A stretch of 64,000 bases of DNA from Lama glama (Eukaryota): NCBI GenBank assembly GCA_028534125.1, contig CM052817.1, positions 47,928,001 through 47,992,000 of the forward strand. Reading direction: 5' to 3'. Shown in pieces: positions 40,200 through 51,126 of the stretch (the first letter of the stretch is position 1; each line of letters begins with the position of its first letter). The notes below the pieces were generated by a model. The model was not told the DNA's origin and did no database searches. It saw nothing but the letters and a program-made list of their open reading frames with translations. A program made the translations under genes and the position numbers.

Positions 40200-41690
40200 T
40201 ATTAAAAAATGATCCTGGAGGCAAGGGGTAGGGAGTATGTATTTTCAGCAGGCAGACCTAGAGGCATGGGCACCAGTGGGAGGCTAGTTCAGAAACCCAG
40301 GTAATAGATGATGGATATCTAATGTAATGGCCATGAAGATATTCATAAAAAGTTAATTATTTAGATCTACAAAGGAGGGAGAATAGAATACAATTAGTGA
40401 TTCACTGAATGAGTGACATGAAGAAGCAACCAGAATTCAGGATGACACTTCGGCCTCTGGCTCGAGATACTAATGTGGCTGATGACATCATTTCTTGACA
40501 CAGGGAACATGAGTGAGTGTGTTTTGGTGGGATAGGTGGATGGTTCATTTTGGATCTGTGAACATGCGTTACTTAAAGACAAATATTCTAAAATCAGTTG
40601 CATATGTAAATCAGAAGCTCAGGAGAAAGATCTGGGCAGAAAATGCAGATTTGGTAGCTATCAGCACATAACTGAAGCCATGGGGATGGATATGATTGCT
40701 GTAACGGATCATGAATCAGCTCACCTGCAGAACCCTGAAGGCTACTGATACTGAAAAGCTAAGAAGAGGAAGAGGAGCTCACAAAGGCACATGAGAAGGA
40801 ACAGAAAGAAGGACTTAGGATACTAACATCTCATTGTCCAAGAAAGAAAAAGAAAGATGTGAAAAATTCTAAGACGATTCAGACAGAAACATATGAGAGA
40901 ATCTAGGTGCTCTAATAGTCACCCAGCGCACCCCTGGCAATGCCCAGCTCTGGACCAGTCCAACCCTCATCCCTCATTTGGATCAGTCCAACGGTTTCCA
41001 CTGGTTGCTCTGCTGCTAGTCCAGCAACTCTCATCTAGTCCTCATTCTGGGCAAATATGATCACTGTTTTTCTTCTCAAAATTCTTAGCGGATTGTCTCT
41101 GCCCTTTACTATAAGCCTGAACTCCTGAATTGAAGCAAGGATCTCATTAATGTCAAACGCTGCTGAGAGGTCTGCTGTCTCCTGAAAACACATCCTGGAC
41201 CTTTCTCAGGTGTTCATCTCCAAAAAACCTCATTCTAGGCTTCCCCTCCCAAACAAGCACCTCCTAACCAGCCAGCGTGTTCACTTAAGTTATTGCTAAT
41301 ACACGGGTCCTGGCCCACAGTGATGCCCTGTCCCATGAACCTTCATCATGCTCCCAGTCCTCTGGCCCCCTTCGGCCTCCACTACTGATTCCTCTGCCTG
41401 AGCCCATCCTTGCCTCACTGTCCACGTGGCTCCTGCACACACACTTCAGGTCTCCTCTCCACCATCACTTCCCAGGGAGGCCTTCCCTGTCCCCCCAGCC
41501 TCCATTAAGTTCACTTGACTCTCATATGACCCCCTCTTCTTCCTTCATGGCACTATTCATAATTTTTAACTCTAGAGTTACCATTTTTAAATTTGTTCAT
41601 AGGGGAGGAACTGTATCTATTTTGTTCACTGCTTTGACCAAGTAGAGATTCTGCTACACAATATTGAAGAAGTGATTGAATAAATGCAAT
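40200..41690. mobile_element. L2 fragments (antisense then sense)
   Basis: gatctgggcagaaaatgcagatttgg, ataactgaagccatggggatggat; catcacttcccagggaggccttccctg; tgattgaataaatg. Confidence 0.6.
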
Positions 41691-43504
41691 TCTCTGCCCT
41701 GATTCTGTTCTCTGTCTCCCAGATTTGAAAGGCCTGTCTCCATTTTCTTCACTCCACTTCATACACCATTTGTCTGACATTTTCTCACCCAAAATGACAG
41801 ACTGCCTTAGAAACCTCTCCTGACAGGTTGACCTCTCATGCTCAAACAAAATTGATAACTTTCTCACATGGGCCTCTACCGTACCTGACACATGCTTCTA
41901 TCACAGCACTCACAGGTTTTTAGTTCACTTCGTCTATGTGTCACACTTGACCATAAATCACCTAAAGTTACGGATCATATCTTATTTTTGGTTCTCCAGC
42001 AACTACTCCATTCAACAATTGTAAATGAATGAATGAACAAAAATAGAACATAATTAATATTTTTGGTGGCCCCAAAGCATCATTTCAAACATTAATTGTA
42101 ATACATTTGTAAGATACTTAATCAACTTAATTCTTTAATCAACAGATTTCCATCAGTCTAAAACCAATGCATTTCACCTTTCAGACCTGTTGTGGTCTTC
42201 TTGCCTGTGTAATAAACAGCTTGACTCTTAACTTCTTATGTTTTATGCAGTTTTTTATATCTTCTCTTTTACCACCAGGACTAAGTTACCGATTCTTACT
42301 AATTCAGTTTTCTGGTTAGTAATTTTCTCTATCGTTTCTCACCTCCTATGTTCCGAGAAATCCATAGATGATCAAGCTTAACAAATCCAAGCATTTTGAA
42401 AAAAATAAGTGTAAACAGATTTTAAGTGAGGATTTGAGCTCTTCTCTCAGCACTGTGGAGCTGAAGCTGTGGCTCTGGACGTTGGTACAGTATTTGGTAG
42501 TTCAGAGGCTTGTGTTTTAGCTCCCTGTTCTCGGGTAGGTCAGGTAGCATAACGAAGGGTTGCTGAAGTCCATTTCCTTTTCATAATATGCAAAATATAC
42601 TGTGATCCTAGTTTCTTGGCTCAGTTACTGTTATGGTAATGCAATGGTTAATGCATTATCTGTGGGTATGTTGAGAAATTAATGCAATCCTCCAATATTA
42701 TGATCTCTTCTGAGTATGGCTTCTGCCACTCTTCTAGCTCAGTGATATAATCCAAATTCCATCCCTACCCTCCACTGTCACCACCACCACCACCACCACG
42801 ATGCCAGAGCCGTTGCCTCTATATTGTTTTCAGATTGAAAGATTGTTTTGACCAGTGTCCCTACCGCATTACCTTTTTAAAAAAATGTAACTGTTTACTG
42901 CTCTTTCCTATTTTTTCTATTTGTTCCCCTATCCTCCTCACCAACTCTACCACAATTCTCTGATTATAAATTAGGGCTGAACTGAAATTTCCTAGAGTTG
43001 TAAATATTACATGGAAACCTGGACAGCCCAGCTGTTATGTATCTTCTGCCGAGCACCATTCCAGGATTTTGTTCAATTTGAGTAACTATTTCTTAGTAAG
43101 TGCTTATGCCTAGTAGTTCTTTTGCTATGAGAATTGACTATATACATCAATATCATATATAGAGTCAAGAAAAATGACATTTTCTATTTCACCAACTTTA
43201 TAAAAGAAGAGTAACAATACCATCTTCTCAATAAACTATTTCTTTGTCCTCAGTGGACATACTTTTTCTTGCTTTGAATCCTTGCATGACAGCACTTCAT
43301 TAAGACATGACTAGATAATTCTTACAATTTCTTATTTTGTATCATTTGGGCATTTATTTTATCTTCTTGTCTAGAGAGATGAAAAGCAATCTGAGGTCAG
43401 GCACTCTGACTTACTCATCTTTCTATTACCCACAGAACCCAGAGAAGTGAAGTAACAGGCACTTAATAATTATTTGAAGAGTTGAACAAAAGCACTTGAC
43501 GCTC

Positions 43505-46500
43505 ATAAATGCATAAAGTTACTTTATTTTAAGTATACATTTAATTTTGAAAAATATAAATGCTAAAATATCTCATCTTCTTCATCTCTTAATTCCATAA
43601 AAGTCACAATAGAAAGCTTCATAAAACTGTAAAATACTATAATGTTATAGGAATTTTAGGTTTTATATTGGAAAAAAAATTATTAGTAATATATTGAAAT
43701 GTTTTCTGTTCTTTATCATTTTGTTCCACCATGTTGATCTACTTCATTTAAAATAAAAAGATGCATCATTTCTCCAAAGTTAATAAAGACTTAAGAGAAT
43801 AAAAATAAGATTATCTGAAAGTGCGTATTGATTCTGAAAAGTAATGTGTACGGATATGTACCGGCCATGAAAATGGCTAAAAAGAGGCAACTATTCATTC
43901 TTTTCACATTGTAGGGCTGGGACAAAGTTACTTCTGGCTCTAAAATTTTCACTGGATGACTTTAGCCCTGAGTTGCAATATTTGCCTAAGAAACAGAATT
44001 CAGGATTTTTGCAGGTACCCATAGAGCACAAAGAAATGAGCCGAGAAATAGAACGTATCCAAATTTCTGGTCAAAACACAACTTGACTGGTTAGCATATA
44101 TCCCAAAACTTTTTTGTTTTATTTCAGGCTGCAATGAAGCTCAATGAAATCATTATCTGAAAACTCCCAAGGCCCAAGCAAAATATCCTCTGATCGTGTT
44201 CAGCCACTTGGTGCCCTGGGCTTCACGCTCATGCTGTGAAGAGTGGATGGGAAATATCACAGAATAAATAAGAACATCTCAAGTTCTGCACCAAAATCAT
44301 TAAGTGGTATGAAAAGGATTGAAGAAAGCTTTGTCCCATCCCTGAACAATGTCAACCTCTGTAATACAACTTAAATCGTTTTGTTTTGCTTTTTTAAAGA
44401 TAGTCAGCAGTCAATACATTTCAAGTACTTAACACAGTTTTAAAAAAAGAACCAAAAACTCGGAAGACAATCATTCTCTGTATCAAACACCGATATATAG
44501 CTGATAAAAGATTTACTCTGTGTGTGTTGGTGCATGTGCATAAAATATATACAAACTAAATCTCTGGTGGCAGACGATTCTTTTTCTCCCCCTCCGCCCC
44601 GGTTCTTTGAGGTGGTGGGGGCTGATTAGAAAAGCTGCTGTCTTCCCACTTCTCTGACTTCCTCCATCTCCCCACCCGACTCCACGGATTGACCAGAAGA
44701 AGAGGCAGGAAAACTACCAAGTATGGCACACAAAATAATCAGTATTCCAAGTCGGTAGTGGTTTTGCACAGTAAAGAAGACTGACTTTTATCAAGGAAAA
44801 GTGTCTCCAAGAGATTTTCTTCCAAATGCAAAACCACAGGCCTTTATGCTCTGATAAAGCAGACCCTTGACCTGGTGATCCTTTTCCTTCCAACAGTAAG
44901 TCTGTACAACCACAGGGTTCTGGTTAACAACCCTGAGTGTATACTTAGTCCTTTACTTCTAACAACTTGCATCTTTTATCTCCGTATTTCCATCAAGGAG
45001 AAACACTTTGTAAAAAAAATTACTGTTGTATTCTGTGTCCAGTTTACATAGAAACAAAACCACCCCAAAAATCTGATTAGTTCTTCAACAATGAATAAAT
45101 TCAGTTAAAATACAGATAATTCGGTGGCTCTGTATGGACCTCGGGGTTTGTTTGTTTGGTAACTACTTGTGTTCCTCTGAAAGTAAATGATTTTTAAAAT
45201 ACTTTCCTGGGTCCCAAAATATTGAAAAGGTTTGCTACTAACAGTTCCTTCTAGCAAATATGAGGTACTACTCTGCATTCATATGATGAACATCAACTTT
45301 TTGTCACAGAATATGGCTAGTAAATGAAGGTGCAGATAGCTTTCAGATGTACTCAAAGGCTGAAATACTGAGTTAAGTTGCTTTAGGAATTCTTCAAAAG
45401 GAACATGGGGGCATGAATCCTCAAATACTTGATTCATGATCAGAAAAGTAAATTTTTACATCTGGAGCTTTTATGAAGCGAACAAAAGTGTCTTTAATTT
45501 AACAAGAACATAGGTTAGGCTAAACTTATTATTCATGGTTTTAAAATATTTTATTGATGATTCCATCAGTAAAGGAAAAGGAGAAGCTTCTTATATAGTT
45601 TTATATTAAGGTAATGAAAAACTAGGTAATACAGAGGAATCATTTTAATGCAATCATGATGACAAAATTTGGTATGTGAGGTTTTAACAAATACCATTTA
45701 ATTTGCCACTTTCATTTTAGGGAAAAAAATTGTAGGCCATTTATGTCTAATTTGTATAAAATTCAAAGTTTTCAGATTACTAGATACTATAAAAGTAATA
45801 GCTAATTTAGAATAACAAAACTTCCATCATCAAAATTTCAGCAGAACAGAATTATAATTTAATTAGGATGAGTGGGAGTCAATATGTGCACATTATGAAA
45901 CCAAAATAAGTGGTTTCATTCTGCTTCTAGTACTCATCAACTTGTCTTAGTTACGATATATCACAAATATGGTTATAGGAATCCAAAATTATGGATTCAG
46001 CATTTAAAAATGCTGTTTTTAATGCAGATTCATAATTCACAGTGCAGCCTACTAAAACATTACATTTAGATAACATGCTAAATTTGGCTAATAAGGATAT
46101 AATTTTCTTTTTTTCTAATTTTCAATACGGGGTACTTTGAAATACACAGATACACATATGTATAGGCCTATATACTCTAAATGTCCCAATCATAAAGAAG
46201 AACTGCCGTTCAATCTTAAAAACAAGTGTGAATATAGTTAAGAGGTATACATACGTACCTCTGCAGATCTATCGGCACTCCCATACTTTATAAACGTGTA
46301 AGTGGTCTATTAATAGTCCTATGGATTTTATATTGTAAGTAAGGGTTATTTTATCAGTGATGGTGACAGCTAACTGGGTAATAAAATATATTTACCCTCA
46401 TTTGCATAATGTCCCCTGGACCTCTGATGGATTTTTTCATACGTGGTTTGGGTTTTACAGAAGCTGACACAGGAGGCTAGGTAACTTTGCCCTTTGTCTA

Positions 46501-47717
46501 CCATCACTCTGTCTCTTTCTAACTTTGCACATATGTGCACCAGCCACACACAGAGTACATACACAAACACACAAATATTTCAAAATGAAAAAAACACCTA
46601 ACAATACTGCACAGGACGTCAACATGGTAATACAATCAGTGTCTGTGCCCGGATACTACAATTATCAAAACATCAGTTATTCCCAACACACAGGAGCTTC
46701 CCCCTCCTCCCCACTCTCCTTCACAGAACAGCTAAATTTCTTTTAAAGAAAGGGAAAAATGGATGCTTAGAAACATGGTGTTTTTAGTCCGATCTAGCCC
46801 TCTGGCTTACCCTAAAGATGGTATATCTGTGTGTGTTTGTGTGTGTGTGTGTTTATGTAAAAATCACATTATATACAATACAATTTTTACAGAAAGCCTG
46901 GCAGCTACAAATAAGAGGTAGAACTACTCAAAACTATGTTTCCTGCTGCAGGAAAAAATTCATTTTCTTTACAGTAATTAAAAAAAAGTTTAAAAAATTG
47001 ACAAAAAATAAGTTGCAGGTTAGGCCCCATAATTTAAACAACAAAATCTAGGAAGAAAAATATTCTTCAATGTACTCAACAGATAAGTTCATTAAAGGGT
47101 TAAAAAAAGTTGCATAGGAAAAAAGGGACATTCCAGCACTTGCTACCGTGGTGGCAATAGTTTCTCTACAGGGAGCAAAGTACCTTTAGTTTTTCTTCTT
47201 GTGATAACTCTTAAGATTCGGGTTGACAAGCAAGAGCAAGTTCGAATAGCAGCACTTTTTCCAGTCCCGGAGAGCGCTGTAAGCCAGGAGGCCCTGTCTG
47301 GAGGTCAAGCTTTGTTCGACCAGACAGAAAGACAAGCCAGTAAGCACAGCTCCAAAGCACAAGTTGGAAGTTCCTTCAATATTTTAATATAAGGTGTTAA
47401 AAAATCCTTAATACTTTTCCTCTCTGCTTAAATAAAGGAAAAGGACAGGGTCTGTGCGTGTCTTGAGTGACAGAGGAATCTGGTTGTCAGAGGACACATC
47501 TGAAGGTATAAGAGCAAAAATGGGACACTTCAGATGCTGTGGGTAAGGAACGGTGCACTATTGTCTTTCCCTATGCAAGAGAGAAGCAGAGAGAGCGCTG
47601 CATTATTTGGCCAGTGGCCAAAACCCGAAACGAAACAAAAATTTAAAAAATAAACCACCAGATAGAAAACAAGAACACAAACAACAAAAACTGTCAGTTT
47701 TAGGAAAGACAAACAGG
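43505..47717 (-). other. SLC4A4: Long 3' UTR of SLC4A4 (about 4.2 kb)
   Basis: AT-rich and free of recognisable interspersed repeats. Ends at AATAAA followed by a U/GU-rich downstream element; exact cleavage site is inferred. Confidence 0.75.
43523..43528 (-). terminator. Probable distal polyadenylation signal AATAAA
   Basis: + strand tttatt; minus reads aaAATAAAgtaactttatgcatttatgagcgtcaagtgcttttgttc. Confidence 0.65.
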
Positions 47718-47823
47718 TTACAATGTAGTTTCTGTTCCCTTGCTCCTCCAGAAATAATCATTGTCTTCAGGCTCAAGTTCTAGTCTAATTTGAGGCACAA
47801 CTTTTACTGGAGTTCTAGGAGGA
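47718..47823 (-). CDS. SLC4A4: Coding part of terminal exon for NBCe1-C: (S)PPRTPVKVVPQIRLELEPEDNDYFWRSKGTETTL*
   Basis: tctctag|T CCT CCT AGA ... ACA TTG TAA (stop 47718-47720). Ends in class I PDZ ligand ETTL; this stretch is 3' UTR in A/B transcripts. Confidence 0.93.
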
Positions 47824-48522
47824 CTAGAGAAAAAGAGAAAACGAAAAAAGAAAGGAAACAGTAAATCAGAATTCCTTTATCATCTGTCAAATGTTTACGC
47901 ATCATACAAAAGTCAAGTGGGTCCTTCTTTGCTCTCTTTAAAAACGTATCTCCTTTTCCTGTATTAAAAACAAACATTTAAAAATGGGATGAAAGTACCA
48001 AACAGTTAAGAAATTCAGGCAAAAATTTCATAAGCTCTCAAACCTAGATTAGACAAAAAAAAATCAAGAAGGACTGAGGGGAGGGGGGTGTGGTGACACT
48101 GTCAGAGACAAGAGGCCTGACATGAAGAAAATATTCAGAGATTTCACGTTTTTGAAAATCAAGGAGGATCTGAAATCTCCAGAGCTGTATTAAGAGGGGA
48201 GAAAACTACTGGAGGAGAGCTTCCAGGAAATGCCAGCTACCCTTAAATCAGAGGCGATACCGATGGGACAGGAGCTAACTCTGATCCTGGGCTTTACCTT
48301 GATGATGTTGAAAGATTCCATTATTAAGAGTAAGCTGAACAGGTCTCTTAGAATGCTTTCTACAAGTAGAAGCTGGGATGAGGCTGGGTGACTGGGTAAT
48401 TTATGTAAGATAAATTGCAGAGAGGGTGGAGAACAGGGCGTTCGGCCAATAACACGCCGTTGACGCCATTTCTGTGGGCAATCGTCCCGCAGAACCACGT
48501 GAAGCATCAGGCTGTCCTTTAC

Positions 48523-48602
48523 CTTGGCATACCCAGTGATTGAAGAAAAGGAATTTTATCAGCATGATGTGTGGCGTTCAAGGAATGTTGGTGATCTTTC
48601 TT
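48523..48602 (-). CDS. SLC4A4: 80-nt dual-frame exon: A/B frame KERSPTFLERHTSC* (TGA at 48559-48561); C frame KKDHQHSLNATHHADKIPFLQSLGMP(S)
   Basis: ttccag|AAGAAAGATCACC ... ATGCCAAG|gtaaag. Both frames give the known NBCe1 C-termini. Confidence 0.95.
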
Positions 48603-49495
48603 CTGGAAAGAAAAAGAATTCTTTTAAAAATCATAAATAGTAGTCATTGGTAAAGTACAGCATTAGAGTCAAATTAGAGTCAAAGTCTTCACAAAAATGG
48701 ATGCATCTTTCACCATCAGAAAGGGTAAGAAAGACAAGTTTAGACAATTTCAATTAACACTGTATCAAGCTCAGAATCTAAGCAGTGTGATAAAGCCAAA
48801 ATCACTCCGTTTCCTTTATTCTGGGCTTTCTGGAATGGGCCACTGCTGTTCTCGTCAGTGAGGAGGCAGCAAGGAACTCATTCTGAGAGAGAGCACCTAC
48901 TTAGTGACTAAGGCTTGCCCTCAGATTTCCCGCGTTCACAATTTTGTCCTGCTGCTATTTGTGGTGGGGGTAAAAAAAAGATCTTGAGGAACGAACTTCT
49001 ACTGCAACTTTATCAGTTTTGTTCATAGACTAATATGATAGTAGAAAATTCTGATTTTACAATTCTCATGGGTATTTTGCTTGAGTAAATTTCTATCCTC
49101 ACATCCACTACTTCCCATGTATCCTTTTAAAGGGTTTTGAGAAAACAAAGAACATCTAGCACTAAATAATCAATTTGCCAGATTTTTCCCAGGAGATTCA
49201 AATTCCAGATGGTATTTTTGTTTGTTTGTTTGTTTGTTTGTTTTTAAAGCAGTCTTTAAAGTGTACTTAGAAGAGCTGGGCCAGGTTATGATGCCAACGG
49301 AAGACATACATGCTGCATTCCTTTCACAGTCTCTTTTTGCTATCTAATGCTCCAGAGATGAAAAATGAAACCAGACAATGGTTTGGGGAGCTTGAATTTA
49401 AAAAGAAAATAAGAAAGTAGCCTCAGTTACAAGTTACAAGTTACAAGTTGGACACCAAAAGTGAGATGGCTTTAATTCTTTGCTCTTTAAGCCAG

Positions 49496-49985
49496 TGTGG
49501 TAGCCAGCCTCCAAGACGGCCCATCAAGTGCCCTGCCTTCCGGTAATCATGTCCTATATGCATCCTTCCCACGCTGTACCAGGGTAGGTTTGTGTGACCA
49601 ATAGAATATGGCAGAGGTGATGGTATATCACTTCTGAGATTTGGTTACCAAACACTGCAATTTCTGTCTTGGTTTCCCTCTCTGCTGTGAATTTGCAGGC
49701 ATGTCATGGGCAGCCCTCGGAGATGCCTGGGAGCCAAGGCACTAAAACCTCCTGCCAACTGCCTTGTGATTGATCTTGGAAGCACATCCCCAGCTCCGGT
49801 CAAGTCTTCGGATTCAGTCCCAGCTAAGAGCTCAACTGCAATCTCACAAGAGACCTTGAGCCAGAATCAAATCTGTGGCTCCAAAATTTCCTGAATGCTA
49901 GGAATTGTGTGAGAAAATACATGTTTGTTGTTTAAAGCTGTTGAGTTTTGTGGTAATTTGTTACACACCAACAGATAAGGAATAT
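49496..49985 (+). mobile_element. MaLR solo LTR (MLT1E/F-like), intronic
   Basis: tgtggtagccagcctccaagacggccc ... ttgtggtaatttgttacacaccaacagataa. Confidence 0.8.
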
Positions 49986-50027
49986 GTCCATTTTTCATAA
50001 ATAGTTATTCATTTTGGTAATCTCTTA

Positions 50028-50119
50028 TTTTTTTTTTTAATAGAGGTACAGGGGATTGAACCCAGGACCTTGTGTGTGCTAAACACATGCTCTACCACTG
50101 AGCTGTACCGCTCACCCTC
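50028..50119 (-). mobile_element. tRNA-derived SINE, Vic-1 type (intronic)
   Basis: Minus: cagctcagtggtagagcatg...gggttcaatcccctgtacctc plus poly(A). TSD ggtaatctctta (50016-50027) / ggtaacctctta (50120-50131). Confidence 0.88.
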
Positions 50120-51029
50120 GGTAACCTCTTACTGAAGCTGAAATGGTACTGTCAAATAAAAACACAAGTGCTTCAGCCGTCCTTTCGTACAACAGATCAG
50201 TATACCCCGACATGCATCTGGAGCTAAGAGAATACATTTTCTTCAAATGAGAGCTCAAAGTGAAAAGAGTTTGGAGCAGCTGCTGCTTGCTATTGGAAAA
50301 GCTTGAGATGTTCAGTAATGTTACCACAGAGGAATTTCCCCCCTTTTCAAGTGGACTGCTAACTCAATTGCAAGAGAAAAGATGACATGTCAAAAACCAT
50401 TTCACCTTAGCCACCTGGCCCATGACCCCAGAAAGACCAGTGCAATTACAAAGATGATTTCAAAATAGCAGAAGGGGAATGAAGCAACTTGGAAGAAAAT
50501 GCAACTATATTGTAAGCTATACCTAAAAAGTGGTGTTAATATTTTAAGATTGCCAATTTAATTGAAGATAACAATTATTCCAAGTTCCCGGTATTTACAA
50601 TTGATTCACTGATCACTGAGACCCAGGATGCAATTTCTTTTTTGAGCTGATTTGGTCACTGGTAGAAGCCTAAGGAAGACAAACAGTAACAGACAGTGAT
50701 GTGGAACTAGAAGCAATGCTGAATACTGGGGGGTTGGGGGAAGGCAGGTCAATTACAGACATGGTTATGAGCTTAGCATTTGAAAGAAACAGATGGTAAC
50801 TTGGACAACCAAACAAGAACTTAAATAGTTACGAATAAAAGGAGAAGGTAAAGGGTGAAGCTCAAGGAATGTAAAAATGAAGTTTCATAAAATTGTGAAT
50901 CTTCACATAGGAAAAAAAAAAAGAAAGAAAATAGAGGGAAAGTTATTAATGCAGATGATAGTCCTCCTTTTTTTTTCTCCAAGTGCAAATTGTATTCAAG
51001 CCGGCATGCAAGACATTAGCTCTACTCAC

Positions 51030-51126
51030 TGTCAGAAGGTTTGCTATCACTTAGGAAAGGCTGCTGTTCCATGATGTCCATTGGAATTTTAATACTTGGA
51101 ACTTTTTCTGAGTATGGGCAGTCAGA
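51030..51126 (-). CDS. SLC4A4: 97-nt cassette exon, [32 protein letters not shown] (included in NBCe1-A/B, skipped in NBCe1-C)
   Basis: ttcacag|TCT GAC TGC ... TCT GAC A|gtgagt. Length is exactly 97 nt, matching the known frameshifting cassette. Confidence 0.96.

Noticed and set aside
1..43000. Exons of GC, the usual neighbour of SLC4A4
   Set aside because: No cysteine-patterned albumin-family coding sequence found; GC is probably further left.
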